From assembly GCA_963514005.1 (NCBI GenBank), contig OY740802.1:38998001-39062000 (forward strand): DNA of 64,000 nucleotides. The letters run 5' to 3'. A program made the translations under genes and the position numbers. Shown here one piece after another: positions 37,571 through 50,796 of this stretch. The first letter of the stretch is position 1, and the number at the start of each line of letters is the position of its first letter. The notes below the pieces were generated by a model. It ran no database searches. It was not told the DNA's origin and saw only the letters and a program-made list of their open reading frames with translations. This DNA comes from Raja brachyura. Lineage: Eukaryota.

Positions 37571-39944
37571 TCATAAGTTCAGAAGTCATAGCAGAACAAG
37601 ACCATTCAGCCCATTGAGTCTACTCCGCTACTAAACCGATGGAGACTTGAGTGGTGTTGCTGGCACTCCTGCTCGCAATCACTGATGCCTTTTGCTGGAG
37701 GGTGGCATGGAATTGTAGATCTTACTTCAGGTTACAGAGCAATACTGAGGGCAGTTGATGCACCGCAGTCAGTCACTATCCATTCTTTGAGGCAAATTCA
37801 CCCGGACAACTGTGTGCAGCAGTCTTGAATACGTATTTGTAAGGAATGCACATTGTTCATGATTTTGCACATGGCAATTGAATCCAGATGAGTTGACAAC
37901 AATGTCGTCAGACATCAGGTACTCAGAACCTCGCTATTCAGTTGTTGTTTCTCACTACCTCACATCTGCTGATCTGTCGCTACAGACTAGAAAAATAAAT
38001 GCTTTTATAATCCACTGCAGCCTTTTCTATCTGGAAATCCATGCACAAAAGGACTTCAGGGCACAGTGCTGCATTTAATGACGTCTCGCTGCTGAGTGAA
38101 GTAAAAACCTGTGCACCTTTGCATAGAATTGCACATCTCGTTTCTCCTTTCAAGTATGAAAAGGACTAGATTTTTATTTTCCCCAAATATACCTGGATTC
38201 TTTGAGTTCCTACTGGCATCATTCTTCCCACCCCACCGTCGCTGTCTCCATCCGGCAGTGGGTCGGTAACAGATAACGACATCCTTCTCGGTTCTGCTTC
38301 CCAATTGTTCCTCAGGAGTGTGTGTAAACTTTTTAAAAATTGAATCTGAACCGCGGAGGTAATAAGGGAAATAATGTAGGTCAAATGATAGATGTGAATA
38401 GAATATTAGAGATGGGGCAGGAGGTGGAGTGGTTTTGTTTTTCCAGAGCTTTGGGGCATTGGGATCAGGAGAGAATGCCCCCTGTAGTGCAGCCTTGACT
38501 ACTGGGGATCCATCGAAGGCCAGAACCTGCAGAGTGTAATCCACAGATAAGTCTAGAGGAGGTTTCAACTAACTGGTGACGCTACTGGAGTATGAAAACC
38601 TGTTTTATTTCATATTTGACAGAACCAAATTTGTTATCTTCTGATCTACCTTTCCTTTTTAATAAATGCAGAGTCGAATTTGCTACCACGTGGAGAGGTT
38701 GAAGCTAATAGCACAGATAAACACATGAGGGAGGAAGGAAATAGAGGTATGTGCAGATGGGGTTAGATGAAGCGAGTTGGGAAGAGACTGGTTTGGAGCA
38801 TAAATGACAACATAGACCAGTCGAGCTACATGGCTGTTTCTATGTTGGCCGTTTTATCGAGACCTAGAATATTTACCAATGCTCGATTTGTTCTGGATTT
38901 GAGGGGACAAGAAAGACGTCTTAAGCAAAACAGACAAGCAAACCTTCTATTGTCCTGAACATGAGGGGCCATTTCAAGACCCTCTCCCATGTAGTTCTGA
39001 TGGTCATCTCAGGCTGGCAGAGGAGAGAATAAAATTCCAGGCTCTTCCCATTTATTATTTCAACCTGATTATCGTCAACATGCATTGTTCAAAGTATTCA
39101 GAAGTCTTTAAAATTTTATATATATATATATATTAGAAACTGTCCATTTTTCACCATTTCTCATCGTAAATTAATTGAAAATGCTCAATTAATGCATTTC
39201 TTTCAGCAGATATTTATTTCTGGCCGTGATATTCTTACTCTTGTAGCTTCCATTTGTGTAGTTGTGTCCACAATGACTCTGAGCACTCCAATACAATTCG
39301 ACAAACTGGTGAGCACTGAAGCAGCAAGGATTCTGTTTCCAGGCACATGCCATTAACGGCAGTGAATGGCCAGATTGCTTCTTTTCTTTTGCCGGCGATC
39401 CATTTGAGAGGTTCAACAAAATGTCTTGGCACGCTCTGCCGAGCAAGGAGTTCACACACAGTGCCCTTACCATCCCTCATCAGAACACAATGAGGACTCC
39501 CTTGCCATCTGCAGTGTGCTGATGACATCTACCTGAGTCCCATCAGCTGAGCAGAGCCTGGCTTCAGCAGCTTCCACAAACAGAGCAACAAAAGGGAGGA
39601 ATTTTCACCACCTCCACCGCACTTACTTCACTTCTGAAGTGCTGCCACGAATATGGTGTAAGAAAGGCAACAGTAAATTTGTGCATTAAAAGGATTCCAC
39701 AGACGTGTGTGATTAATAACGAGGTTTTCAGCAAAGTGACCGCATCACCCAGAGACTAGGGGGTCAGTGGGTCAACCATTCGATGAGATGTTAATTTGTG
39801 CTCAGTAATCTTGGATTGCAAAGGAACTGCTTGTGGGAAGTCTCCATGGGTGTCTTCGCCAGTATTAATCCCTTGGTTTATTATTTATGGGGTTGTGCTG
39901 TGTGCAGGTTGCTCTTCGGAAAATATTCACCAGTTGTCTGTGGT

Positions 39945-40186
39945 GGACAAAAATGCTGGAGAAACTCGGCGGGCGAGGCAGCATCCATGGGACGAAGGAA
40001 ATGGGCGACGTTTCGGGTGGAGACCCTTCTTCAGACTGGTGTGGGGGTGGGGGGAGCGGGAAGAAGAAAGGAAGAGGTGGAGGCTGTGGGAGAGTTGGGA
40101 AGGGCAGGGGAAAGAAGGAGAAAGCAGGGACTACCTGAAACTGGAGAAGTCAATGTTCATACCACTGCGGTGTAAACTACCCAATT
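39945..40186 (-). mobile_element. PLE 3' fragment with intact hammerhead-like core
   Basis: Reverse-complement homologue of 49790-50010 (ggagaagtcaatgttcatacc...tgtaaactacccaa). Confidence 0.78.
40007..40034 (-). ncRNA. Minimal hammerhead ribozyme-like motif (PLE-associated)
   Basis: Minus strand reads CUGAAGA-A-GGGU(CUCC)ACCC-GAAAC-GUC: CUGAnGA box, 4-bp stem II, GAAA box and palindromic ACGU/GUC cleavage triplet. Activity not shown. Confidence 0.65.
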
Positions 40187-40247
40187 GCCTGTGTGTTTTG
40201 ATCTAGTCTCTGATTCAGGAGGATGCAAGGTAAATGTAGGTCTGCTG

Positions 40248-40442
40248 AAGATAGACACAAAAAGCTGGAGTAACTCAATGGGTCAGACAGCATCGCTGGA
40301 GAAAAGGAACAGGTGACGTTTTGGGTCGAGTCCCTTCTACAGGTGTGAAGGAGGGTCTCGACCAGAAACGTCACCTGTTCCTTCTCTCCAGAGATGCTGT
40401 CTGACCCATTAAGTTACTCCAGCTTTTTGTTCCTTCCTACAC
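40248..40442. mobile_element. Palindromic PLE-derived short element
   Basis: Inverted arms; 16-bp TSD aaatgtaggtctgctg (40232-40247, 40443-40458). Confidence 0.82.
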
Positions 40443-43400
40443 AAATGTAGGTCTGCTGTTCTTTAGCACTGCACAAGCCCGTAGCATCTCTTTGTTATTC
40501 TGTGTCGAGGTGAGCTTTGATGCAATCGCTGGCACATTGTAATGCAGGTGATAGAATCCAGATACCTCCACCTCTCCAATCAGAAATTAAGTAATGAGCT
40601 GGGTCTGGCCTAACTCCCTGAAGCAGCATGGTCTCCTTGCATTGCATGTGAAGAGCTGGCTGCAGGGGTAAACACTCCCCTCTGTTAGAATGGATCAGTG
40701 AGTGGTGGCTTTGGATAAACGGATTGGAGTTGCACAGTGTAGAATCATTGAACGTAGAATGGACCGTTGCTGGCAAATGGAATTAGCGTAGATGGGCACT
40801 TGCGCTACAGCCTGGACATGAGGGGCCGAAGGGCTGTCTCTGTGCTGGATGACTCTATGGCTCGATTTGCCTCACAGACCATTACGTCTGAGAAATAAAA
40901 AAATAAGGCACCCGGCTTAATCCCACCTTTTGGAGACTGGGTCTGTGGCTTTCCAGATCACAGCTCTGCAAATACATACGTACCCAGGAACTATTTAAGT
41001 ACAGTGGGGGTTACTGCCTGTACCACACTCTCGGGCAGAGTTCCACATACCTCCTACTATATCTTTTAATTTGTGTGTTAAAATACAACACTCACTGCTC
41101 TCCCCTCTAATCTTCCTTCAAATCACATTATATCGATGTTTCCCTTGTATTTGACCCTGGGGCTAAGGAAAATGCCCTTCCTATTCACCGGCTTGACCCC
41201 TTCTTGCTCATTCCCACTCCAAGTGGAGGGGTGACAGTCCAGGGTGGTGATTAGAACCTCCGGCCTATGCACAGAGAGCGCATGGAGGGCTCTGCATAAG
41301 CTCACAAACTGCACACCCGCCCAGCCCAGCCCAGCTGCGGCAGAGTCTACTCTTCCCACATTGGCCTCATTAGCTTACCCACAAAACCCACGGGATTTCT
41401 AAGAAGATGATGGAAGCCCTTCATAATTAATTTTTTTTACATACACTAATTATCTCTCGCTCTCTCTCTCTCCCCTCTTCACCATCCTCTATAAAGAAAA
41501 CAATCCTGGCCTATCCAATCTTAACGACGACAATTTTCCTAAACTAACTGTATCCTAATAAATCTCTAACCGTTCTCCAGCACATTCGTATACCTTCCCT
41601 GTGATGTTATGACCAGACCCCATGCTCCAACTGTGGGCTAACTTCTAGCAGAAACCCCCAACTATGGCATGTTTTTTTATCTGAACTAAGTCATTGGGAA
41701 CAATTATTTGGAGGTGAAGAGTTCTTTGGACTGAATCTTTTGCGTTCCCCCATGTTCCCGACTCCTTCACGGCAATCAAAATGCCAATTAGTAAAATTAT
41801 CGTGCTAGGGTCATAAGAGGCTGTTTCAATTTTCTGAGTTTAACCAGCGCTGTGAAAATCCACCCCTGGAGGTACCTGAGCAGGTTGATGTGCATTTAAA
41901 GGCCCCTCACTCACTAGGATGAAAGAACTATATGCTGTGAATATTATCAAAGCTGTTTTTGTTCCATTGTGCGTTGTTGAATGGTTGGTGCTGCGCGGTG
42001 CTGGCAGGTAAAGTTCCGCTTTCCCTGTCGCCAGCAGGGTGGAATGTTCCCCGAAGCCACTTTAACCCGCGCTGCGTGAAATCTCCCGAATCCTTCGCCG
42101 GAACGCAGCGAGCTGGTCGGAGGAAGTGGCCGCTTGGGGAGACAGAGGATAAATGAATGTGTGGGCCCAGCCAAAAGTGAGTCAGCAGGGAACTGATCGT
42201 CAGAATGTAAATGAGCTCTCTCCGCCGTCGCGCCACGTAGAAAGCCATCATTAACCCAGATTAGATTTTCATAAAACTCAGACAGTTTAAGGTTTTAATA
42301 CCTGATGTTTGCATGCTGCTCAGACAGCTGTGGGAGTGCAGAGTAATGGGATAGTTTTGGGTAAGCTGTGGATGGCTATTGTTTGTCATAACATTTTTAA
42401 TGTTTTGTGCACACAGCCATTGAAAGTCACACTGCTAGAGTGGATTGGGCAGGATTCCAGTCTCTCTCCTTTTCATTCTCTCCTGTAGCCTCTGTCTTTT
42501 TTCCTTCTCTTTCTTTGTCTTTTTTTAATTTATTTCTTTTCCCCTTTTCTCTTCTGTATTTCTATTGCCAAAGTGACTCTGCTAAAACAGAGCTGTTTAA
42601 AAACCCATTCCAGTCGTCAGTAACGTGGGGACCGCAGGAGGAGCAAATTAAACCCATTGCCCAAACTATGCAGTGAGATTATTGGCAGGGTGGAATTGGT
42701 GCAAGTGTGCTTATCTCCAGGAGAAAGATGAAAGGAACACATGGTTGCATGGGCCTGAAGAAGGGCCTCGACCCATTCCTTCTCTCGAGAGATGCGGCCT
42801 GTCCCGCAGAGTTACTCCAGCTTTTTGTGTCGATATGATTACAGCGCTTTGCTTGAAGATCTAAACGTCGATTAAGCTGCATTTGTTGGGTTTTTTCCCT
42901 TTTGTTCCCTCCCAGACTCTGCCCTAGATCTCATAGTGATGAGCACTCTGGAACCCAAACCTCTGGCGATGCTGCCGCCCTTGTCCACACTGACGGGTTT
43001 CACACTCCATGCCACACTTTCTCGCACTCATTAAACATCCAGGCCAGGACCTGAGTTTCCATTCCCACTTCTCCATTGTCCAGACTATTTTTTTTTAAAA
43101 AAAGCTCTAGCTGCAAGGTGGCAAGGATAATCTCAATGCTAGAAATGGGAAACAAAAAAAGGCTTTGGTATTCGAGTCACTCGGCGTCTGAAAGAGCTTG
43201 TGTGTTTGGCAGAAGACAATCGAGGGTGAAGTGAAATTGATACAGTTAGTCACGCAGTATGGGGATGGATGCAAAACAAAATGGTGATACAGGGGTTTAA
43301 AAGCTTGCATTTCCTAAAATATCCCATCTCCGGTAGATAAGCGATGGAAGTTGAGGTGGGGGAGTGGCAATCAGCCAGGCTTCCTCCCACAATCATTGTC

Positions 43401-44685
43401 CTGCTTGGACGGTGTGGACTGGGTAGCCGGAGTGTCCTGGGCAGAACATGCACGCAGGCAACAAACTGTGAGAAAATGAATGATTTAGTTTTGGCGAATT
43501 ATCACGGAGAAAGTGAACATCATTTGGGTTTCAATGAGCTTGTGGAATGTGTACAACTGGCACCCACACAAACCCATCCTCTAACTGCCAACACTGACCC
43601 GGCAAGAACGATCAGCGTGCTTCACACTAGTGGCCGTAACATTGTATAGTGGCGTGGGTTTGCACACTTATGCCTTGCTCTTTGCATCAGTTTCTTTATT
43701 AGACATGAGGAGAGGAAAGGAGTAAGCTAAACTCAATTTCCACAATCCTTTCCAGCCATTCAGAGGAACCCTGACTGCTTTGCAAACTAGTAGACATCTA
43801 TCAAGAGTCCCCAAGGACAAATTACTGGTGAAAAATTGAGCAAGGTCTCCCGCTAATTGAATAGTAATAGTGATTAGCAGCCGCTTTCGTCCAATCGCTC
43901 AATGCTGCTCTTTTATTTTCCCTGTGCAAGAACGTTCCTGGAGAGACTGGGCAGTGCATGTGTGCTCCACGCTATCTTCAGGCACGGTCTTCATTTTGAC
44001 CTTGCCCCTTATCCCTTCCCCCTCTGCCCCGCAATTGAGAATGAGCTGTCTCCGTCGTCAAGGGGATTTTTGCAGAGGATGCTAATGGGTGGGAAACGGT
44101 TGAATTATTGGCCCCTTATGGTTTAGTTTTTTTTTTAAAGACAGCATGATATTAAAATATTTACATAACTTTGTTTTACAATATTGGTCTTGATGATTTT
44201 TGCGCTGGTTGTACATTCCCTCTCGTCACCGCCAGCACTTCATCCTTTTATGGTTACATTTCGAGCAAGTTTGACGAGCTTCATTGGGAATTATCTCCTC
44301 CTTTAACCGTGGGATAATCACCCTGGTCATTCTTCCTTCTCTCCCACTCCCGTCAGCCAGAGGATACAGTAGCTTGGAAGTTCACATCACTTGACAGGGG
44401 AATAGCTCCTTCCCCTCTGTTATTAGGCTTCAGGAGGGTACTGTCCGATTCCCCTCTCCCCATTGGATAGCATGCAAAACAAAGCTTTTCACTGTACCTC
44501 GGTGCACATGACCATCATAAGCCAAAACCTAAAGATAGCGATTGCTAGAATTTGAGGAGAGCCCTCTCCAAACTGGGACTTTTTTGATGTGGTGTCCAAT
44601 CCAAAGTGAGCACTGATCACGGGTGTTTGCACAATTGAATGTCAATGGTACATTATTTGACACGTGTACCGAAGTACAGTGATAA

Positions 44686-44840
44686 TAGACAATAGGTACA
44701 GGAGGAGGCCATTCGGCCCTTCGAGCCAGCACCGCCATTCAATGTGATCATGGCTGATCATCCCCAATTAGTACCCCGCTCCTGCCTTCTCCCCATATCC
44801 CCTGACTCCGCTATTTTTAAGAGCCCTATCTAGCTCTCTC
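44686..44840 (-). mobile_element. CR1-clade LINE 3' UTR fragment
   Basis: Reverse complement of the 12560-12720 tail (ggccattcggcccttcgagcc...atcatggctgatcatcc). Confidence 0.75.
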
Positions 44841-46189
44841 ATTGTTCCCAATCGTCCCCAGACATTGTGTATACAGTTCAGTACGTATCACTTTACATAA
44901 GAACTTAGATGCAGCTTCCATACAAAGGCTTTGGGAAGCTTTATAGGTTTAATTGTTGCGGTGTGTATTGATGAGATGATCCAATGACATTTAAGGTAAT
45001 TCAAGCCAGTTATCTTCAGTGTCACCTGTACTTTGGCTGTAGGAAGTGGCAAGTTATCCAGTACTTGGACACTTACCCACAGAACAAGCAGAGGAAGCCG
45101 TTTTGCCCATCTTTGCCTTGTTGGCTATTTGAAACAGCTAACCCTGGCTCTGACCTTGTTCTCTACTGTAGCCATGGAACTTAATTGAATGCACATCGAA
45201 CTTTCTCTGGATATTACCAGAGTCTGCTTCTGTCACTTTCAGATAACGGACTCATCACTTACATTTTTAATAAGTAGTTGCATCTTTTCCTCTGGTTCTT
45301 GTACTTATTTTCTTAAATCTATGTGCCATGGTTGATAATCCTCCTTTCAATGGAAACAATTTTCAAAACAGTAAAAGCTGCCGTTAGACTTTGGAGATAT
45401 AGCGTGGAAACAGACCCTTTGGCCCGTCGAGTCCATGCCGACCTGCGATGATCCTGTACCCGAGCATTACAAACCTGTACGTCTGTGGAGTGTGGGAGTA
45501 AAATGGAGCACCCAGAGTCACAGGGAGAACATGCAAACTCCATAGAGACAGCACCCGGTCCATGCCAACTATTTCACTCCTGTTACACTAGTCTTATGTT
45601 AAACCTCTTTTTTCCCCCATGGTTCCAAGTTTCCCTCCCACGCACTCACCCATCCATCTCCCTATGTTTTATATTTGTGGTTGTTGCTCATGGGGGGGGG
45701 GGGACATCCTGAAGTGTTTAATATCTGTGGTTATATTTGCTGTGGGAAATGCTGCCAGCCAGCAGTCTGATCTGCTGATATGTGTAAAGGTGAATTTTGA
45801 CCAGGACGCCCACAACTATATAATGAACTGCCGTGCTGCTAGTCTTTAAATCGTATGTTTAAGCCGCGGGAATGTTTAGGGTGGGGTGGGCTGCACTGGT
45901 TGAATGCAGCTCTAGTCTGGGGACTGCCCTACCGACAGAGAGAGGGTCATGAACGGCTTGCTTTCCTGAGTCAGTGTGGCAGCTGAGGGTTACAGCTATA
46001 GTGTGGGCTGTGTTCATGATGGGCCAGGCTCTCTTGGCTCTATCGACTGCTGTCAGGGCACAAGGTGACAATTTAGTCCCACTAAGTATGGCCTTGATTT
46101 GGATTACTCATTGTGCCCGAGGCAGCTGTTCAATCCCCTTGCTATCTGCATTCACGCCGTCGTCTCCAGCCGTCGCTGGGGCTTGCTTC

Positions 46190-46560
46190 TAATATAATGA
46201 TGTGCAAAGCAGCAGCAAATTGTCTGCATCCACCTCCCCCTCCCCCCTCCCCCCCCCCCCCCCCTTGCCAATCTCCAGACGAGCTGACCCAAACTTCAGT
46301 GTCAAAATCCATCATGTGTAGCCCAGGTCAGCCCCCAGCCAGAGCAGCGCTTGGCTACGCTTCATGATGTGAATGCCTGATGTAGTGCTGACTGCCAGAC
46401 TGCCCTCGAGTCCGCCCCCCCTGTCTGTCTGTCTGTCTGTCTGCTGGCCGGCCGGCCTGCTCCCGGCTGTCTCAGCAGTGAAGCCACACGCCTGAGGTGA
46501 CAGCAGCTAAGAACAAGAACGAGATCGTCATTTAGCTTCAGGGAGGGGGTTGATGATGGT
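46190..46560. promoter_or_regulatory. Candidate TGF-beta/SMAD-responsive enhancer or alternative promoter
   Basis: No recognisable interspersed repeat, GC-rich. Contains CCAGAC at ~46275 and ~46395, (GTCT)5 at 46423-46442, then ggccggccggcc and a GC box ccgccccc; lies 2.6 kb upstream of exon 2. Confidence 0.35.
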
Positions 46561-48039
46561 GGGGTGGGGGGGGGAGGGGGGAGAGAGGGGGTGCCTTCTG
46601 ACCATTTTTAACATATTGAAAAATAATTCCTGATTTGAAGAAGGAATATGTTAGTGGGGTCCTTGAAACCCCACTGTGAACTTTTGCTCTGTGCCTGAAG
46701 GAGATGTTCCCCGCTGTACTGCAATGATGCCGCTGAGCGAATCGATGATGCAGGGGGGTAGAGAGAGGGTGAAGTGGAGAGGGGACAGGGTAAAGGCTTA
46801 AACACTGTCACTGGGCTAAGGTGCTTCTGCAATTCCTCGTATGCTTTTACACAGCACCCCACTGAGTTTTGATTTTATGTGTAAGCTACTGGGTTCAAGT
46901 GTGCGTGAATGCGTGTGTATGTAGTGCTCGCCATTTTCCATTCTCCACACATCCCCGCTTGATGAGGACTCTTACAAGCCTCACTGACAACTTCTAGAAA
47001 TGTCACTTTGTTAATGTAATAGCCAAGAGCTGTCTGGACAGGCAGGTTATAAGTTTATTCTTGGTGACTGCCTCATGCATGTGATAGTTTTCCTCCATTT
47101 TGTTCAGCAAAACCTTAGTTTAAATAACCATGAACTGAAATGTCTCTTCCCCAACTCGTTTTACACCCACCACTTCTGAACCATTCCAAAGTAATATGCG
47201 GCGAACACTTTGGAGCTTCAGTCTGACGTTCAGGGGAAGGAAGGCGCTGGTTTGCCAACACGGTGCGATGAAGGACAAAGGCTGGCCTTCCCAGTCACAT
47301 CCAACAAAAGTTAACCCTGTCACATTTAAAGCGCTTTGGTCAAAAGGAGTAGGCGCGTGAAAAGAGAGAAGGTCGGGGAGGAAATTTCTGCATTTGGGCA
47401 ACTATGGGCATGGCTGTCAGTGGGAGAGTAATGAGAATCGGCTAAAGGGTCCCGTTCCCCCACCCCCCTTAACATCAACAATCTGAAGAGATGCTGCATC
47501 TACTGGGGTGAGACCCACAGCCCCTTGCCTTCACACAATAGTTTCTGATGTAGCTCAACTTGCTCCCTACACATCTATCTCCCCCCCCCCCCCCCCCCCC
47601 CCCGTGCCCAAATGCAGAGTGTGGACCCCCTGTATGGGACACCGACCCACAGCCTGCTATTTGTTCACTTGTCCTGGTTCTCCGCAGCTGCCTGCCCTTG
47701 GCCTCTTCGCTTGGGCAGCTCTCACCGTTCACCAAGCTGCCTTGTGGACCAGCAGAGTCACTGCCTCACTGCTCCTGTCAACCAGGTTCGATACCAACCT
47801 CTGCCAATGTCTGCATGATGTTCACACGTTCACCCTGTGACCTTGCGGGACCCCCATGGCTCTCCAGTCTCCTCACACAGCCCAAAGATGTACAAGTTGA
47901 TGGGTTAATTGGTCACTGTAAATTGCCTCTAATGTAGGTTGGTAGTGGGAGAATCAAGGTGGGTTAAAACCTGGTGGGAATAATGAGGACATTAAAGCTG
48001 TGTGTTTGCTGGTCAGTATGGATTCAGTGGCCTGATGAC

Positions 48040-48450
48040 CTGTGCTGTGTGTCTGTGTGTGTGTTGTATGTCTGTGTGCTGTACATCTGTGTGTGTGTGT
48101 GTGTGTTGTATGTCTGTGTGCTGTGTCTCTGTCTGGTCTGTGTGTCTGTGTGCAGTGTGTGTGTTGTACGTCTGTGTCTGTGTCTGTGCTGTATGTCTGT
48201 GTGCATTGTGTCTGTGTCTGGTCTGTGTGCAGTGTGTGTGTTGTACGTCTGTGTCTGTGTCTGTGTGTCTGTGCTGTAAGTCTGTGTGCTGTGTCTCTGT
48301 CTGGTCTGTGTGCAGTGTGTGTGTTGTACGTCTGTGTCTGTGCTGTATGTCTGTGTGCATTGTGTCTGTGTCTGGTCTGTGTCTGTGTGCTGTGTGTCTG
48401 TGCTGTATGTCTGTGTGCATTGTGTCTGTGTCTGGTCTGTGTGTGCTGTA
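48040..48450. repeat. Compound TG/TCTG minisatellite-like array
   Basis: Reiterated units such as gtctggtctgtgtgcagtgtgtgtgttgtacgtctgtgtctgtg and gctgtatgtctgtgtgcattgtgtctgt. Confidence 0.9.
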
Positions 48451-49137
48451 CGCCTCTGACCAACTTCAATAATTCTGCTCTTCCCATTTTTATTTCTAAC
48501 CCATTGTTTTTCTGTAATTATTTCTTCTATTACTTAATCTTTTCCTCCCTTTTTATCCTGTAGATGCTTCAATGTTTTCTGCATCTTAACTGTTTCGTTC
48601 TCCACAAATGCCACCTGACCCATATTTCCAGCATTTCATTTCTGTTTCCCCCCCCCCCAATTTCCACCTGTTCCTGGGATCTGCTGCTCTCATGGACTCC
48701 GAGTCGACCGGTCACACCTTGAGTGATTCTTCGTGCCTTGTCAAAGCCGTTCCGTACCAAACACAGGGCAGACCCTTCCTTGCCAGTCGGTGCTGCACTG
48801 GAATAGTGCCAGACCCATCCCTACCAGTACTGTATTGCGTTGTAAAGTGCCAAACTCATCTCTATCAGGACTGTAGCCAGTGTTGTACAGTGACAGACCT
48901 GTCCCCATGAGGACTGTACCCAGTGTTGTACAGTGACAGACGTATGCCCACCAGTACTGTACTGCTGTGTAAGCAAGGTCCTTGCCGCCAGCTTCGAAGG
49001 TGCTTGTGACATGGGTGGTGCCTTGTGATGAATGGAGAGTTGTTCTCTGGCATGAAGTGTCCATCGGTCGGTGAGCTTTTCCAGGTTTGCTCCCTGCAGC
49101 GTCTCACTCACATTGCCCTTCTCTTTCTGTGTTGCAG

Positions 49138-49292
49138 CTGAGCTGGAGTTTGTGCAGATAATCGTGATAGTGGTGGTGATGATAGTGATGGTGGTGGTGA
49201 TCACCTGCCTCCTCAACCACTACAAACTCTCCACAAGATCGCTAATCACCAGACAGAGCCAAATGCGAAGGCAAGAAGGCAACCTGCAGTCG
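49138..49292 (+). CDS. pmepa1: Internal coding exon (transmembrane exon) of a PMEPA1/LDLRAD4-family gene, most likely pmepa1 exon 2
   Basis: Pyrimidine tract ctctttctgtgttgcag acceptor and gtaag donor at 49293. The exon is 155 nt, phase 1 to phase 0, and translates (x)[51 protein letters not shown]. This matches the recalled PMEPA1 [34 protein letters not shown] segment. Paralog LDLRAD4 is not fully excluded. Confidence 0.9.
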
Positions 49293-49631
49293 GTAAGATG
49301 CCTATCTAAAACCTACACCCCACAGGGACTTTGAACATAACTATCTGTGAACACTGAACCCAGAGTTGAAATCCCAACTGAAGTCAATGAATAGGATACT
49401 CTGTGAACTGAAATATCCCCTTCCTTGCTCGGTCATCCCAGAGCATGGTCAAGAGTGTTAATTGTCGTGTGTGTCTGGACAGGAACAATGACATACTTGA
49501 TGCAGCTTTACTAGCGTATTAACTGCTCAATGCAACAAATGAATACACGATAACACAATAAATTAGGTGCACTATGTAAGCAGAATGTCAGGGTGTCAGG
49601 CAGACGGAGTAAACTTATCCAAAGTCCATAG

Positions 49632-50044
49632 TCCTCCCCTCAGTTCGCAATAACCGACCTGATCTCCCGGTGGCTCAGCACTTCAACTCCCCCTCTCATT
49701 CTGAATCCGACCTTTCTGTCCTGGGCCTCGTCCATGGCCAGAGTGAGTCCCGCTGCAAATTGGAGGAGCAGCACCTCACATTTCGCTTGGGCAGTTTACA
49801 CCCCAGCGGTATGAACATTGATCTCCAATTTCAGGTAGTCCCTCCTTCCTCTCCCGCAGCCTACTATCTCCGCCTCTTCCTTTCTACTTCCCGCCACCCC
49901 CCCTCCCCCACATCAGTCTGAAGGAGGGTCTCAACTCAAAACGTCGCCTATTCCTTCGCTCCATAGATGCTGCCCCACCCGCTGAGTTTCTCCAGCATTT
50001 TTGTCTACCTTCGATTTTTCCAGCATCTGCAGTTCCTTCTTAAA
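49632..50044 (+). mobile_element. Penelope-like element (PLE) 3' fragment: GIY-YIG C-terminus plus terminal repeat
   Basis: PDLPVAQHFNSPSHSESDLSVLGL...KLEEQHLTFRLGSLHPSGMNID is typical of PLE endonuclease ends. It is followed by the same short repeat seen throughout the window. 12-bp TSD caaagtccatag (49620-49631, 50045-50056). Confidence 0.82.
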
Positions 50045-50796
50045 CAAAGTCCATAGCAGCTTGTTGCTGAGGAAGGGCTGTGGTGCAGCTGAAGAACTGC
50101 TTTTTGCAATACAATGCATTTGCGATTATCATCGTAGGGACTCTACCGCCTAATACATACTCAAGGGCCAGCTAATCTGTCCCTAGTGATGTTCATTGGG
50201 GCAAAAATGTTTCACTAGTTGAAGGAGCGATCTCTCATAGTCTGTGTTCGGTTGCACCACCTGGAGCAGCAATGTGAAGCTGCAGCATAGGGCTGGCAAT
50301 GCAGGCTCAGTGCAGGGCTCAGACCGAGAGTGTCGGTGGAACTTCACTCCACAGCATCAGTGTCTGAGGTCAATTCTACCAACAGTTGACGGCAGGCTAC
50401 CTGCCCAAGCACTCTCGGGAGATCAGGGTTCAGGCCCAAACCAGCAAATCACAGTAAGCATTTTGGATGTCTCTCCTGGCCTTTTATAATATGTAGCTGC
50501 CCTGCTCCTCCCCACCCCAGCTCCTGGGGGCCGGTGCACGGGGTAAACTTGCACGCGTGTATGTGTGTGTGTTTTCCGTCTCGCTGCCAGCACTGGAGAG
50601 GGAAGTAAATGTAGAGTTGGTTGCAAGTTTTGGGGTAGAGGTGCTGAGCTACGACTAAGCAATACGATGACCTGCTTTAATGTTTGGGTTGTCATTGCTG
50701 TCGCCACTCTACAGTGCAGACACGTTGGGGAGGGCAGTGAATAACTGCCTGCCTACCTAGACCAACCTATCTGCCTACCTACCTGGTTTCTGGTTG

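Noticed and set aside
47954-48563. Several 100-177 aa Cys/Val- or His/Thr-rich ORFs
   Set aside because: Translations of a stop-free microsatellite array.
50461-50490. GCLSWP peptide resembling EGCLWP
   Set aside because: No acceptor or donor context, and the downstream residues are unrelated.
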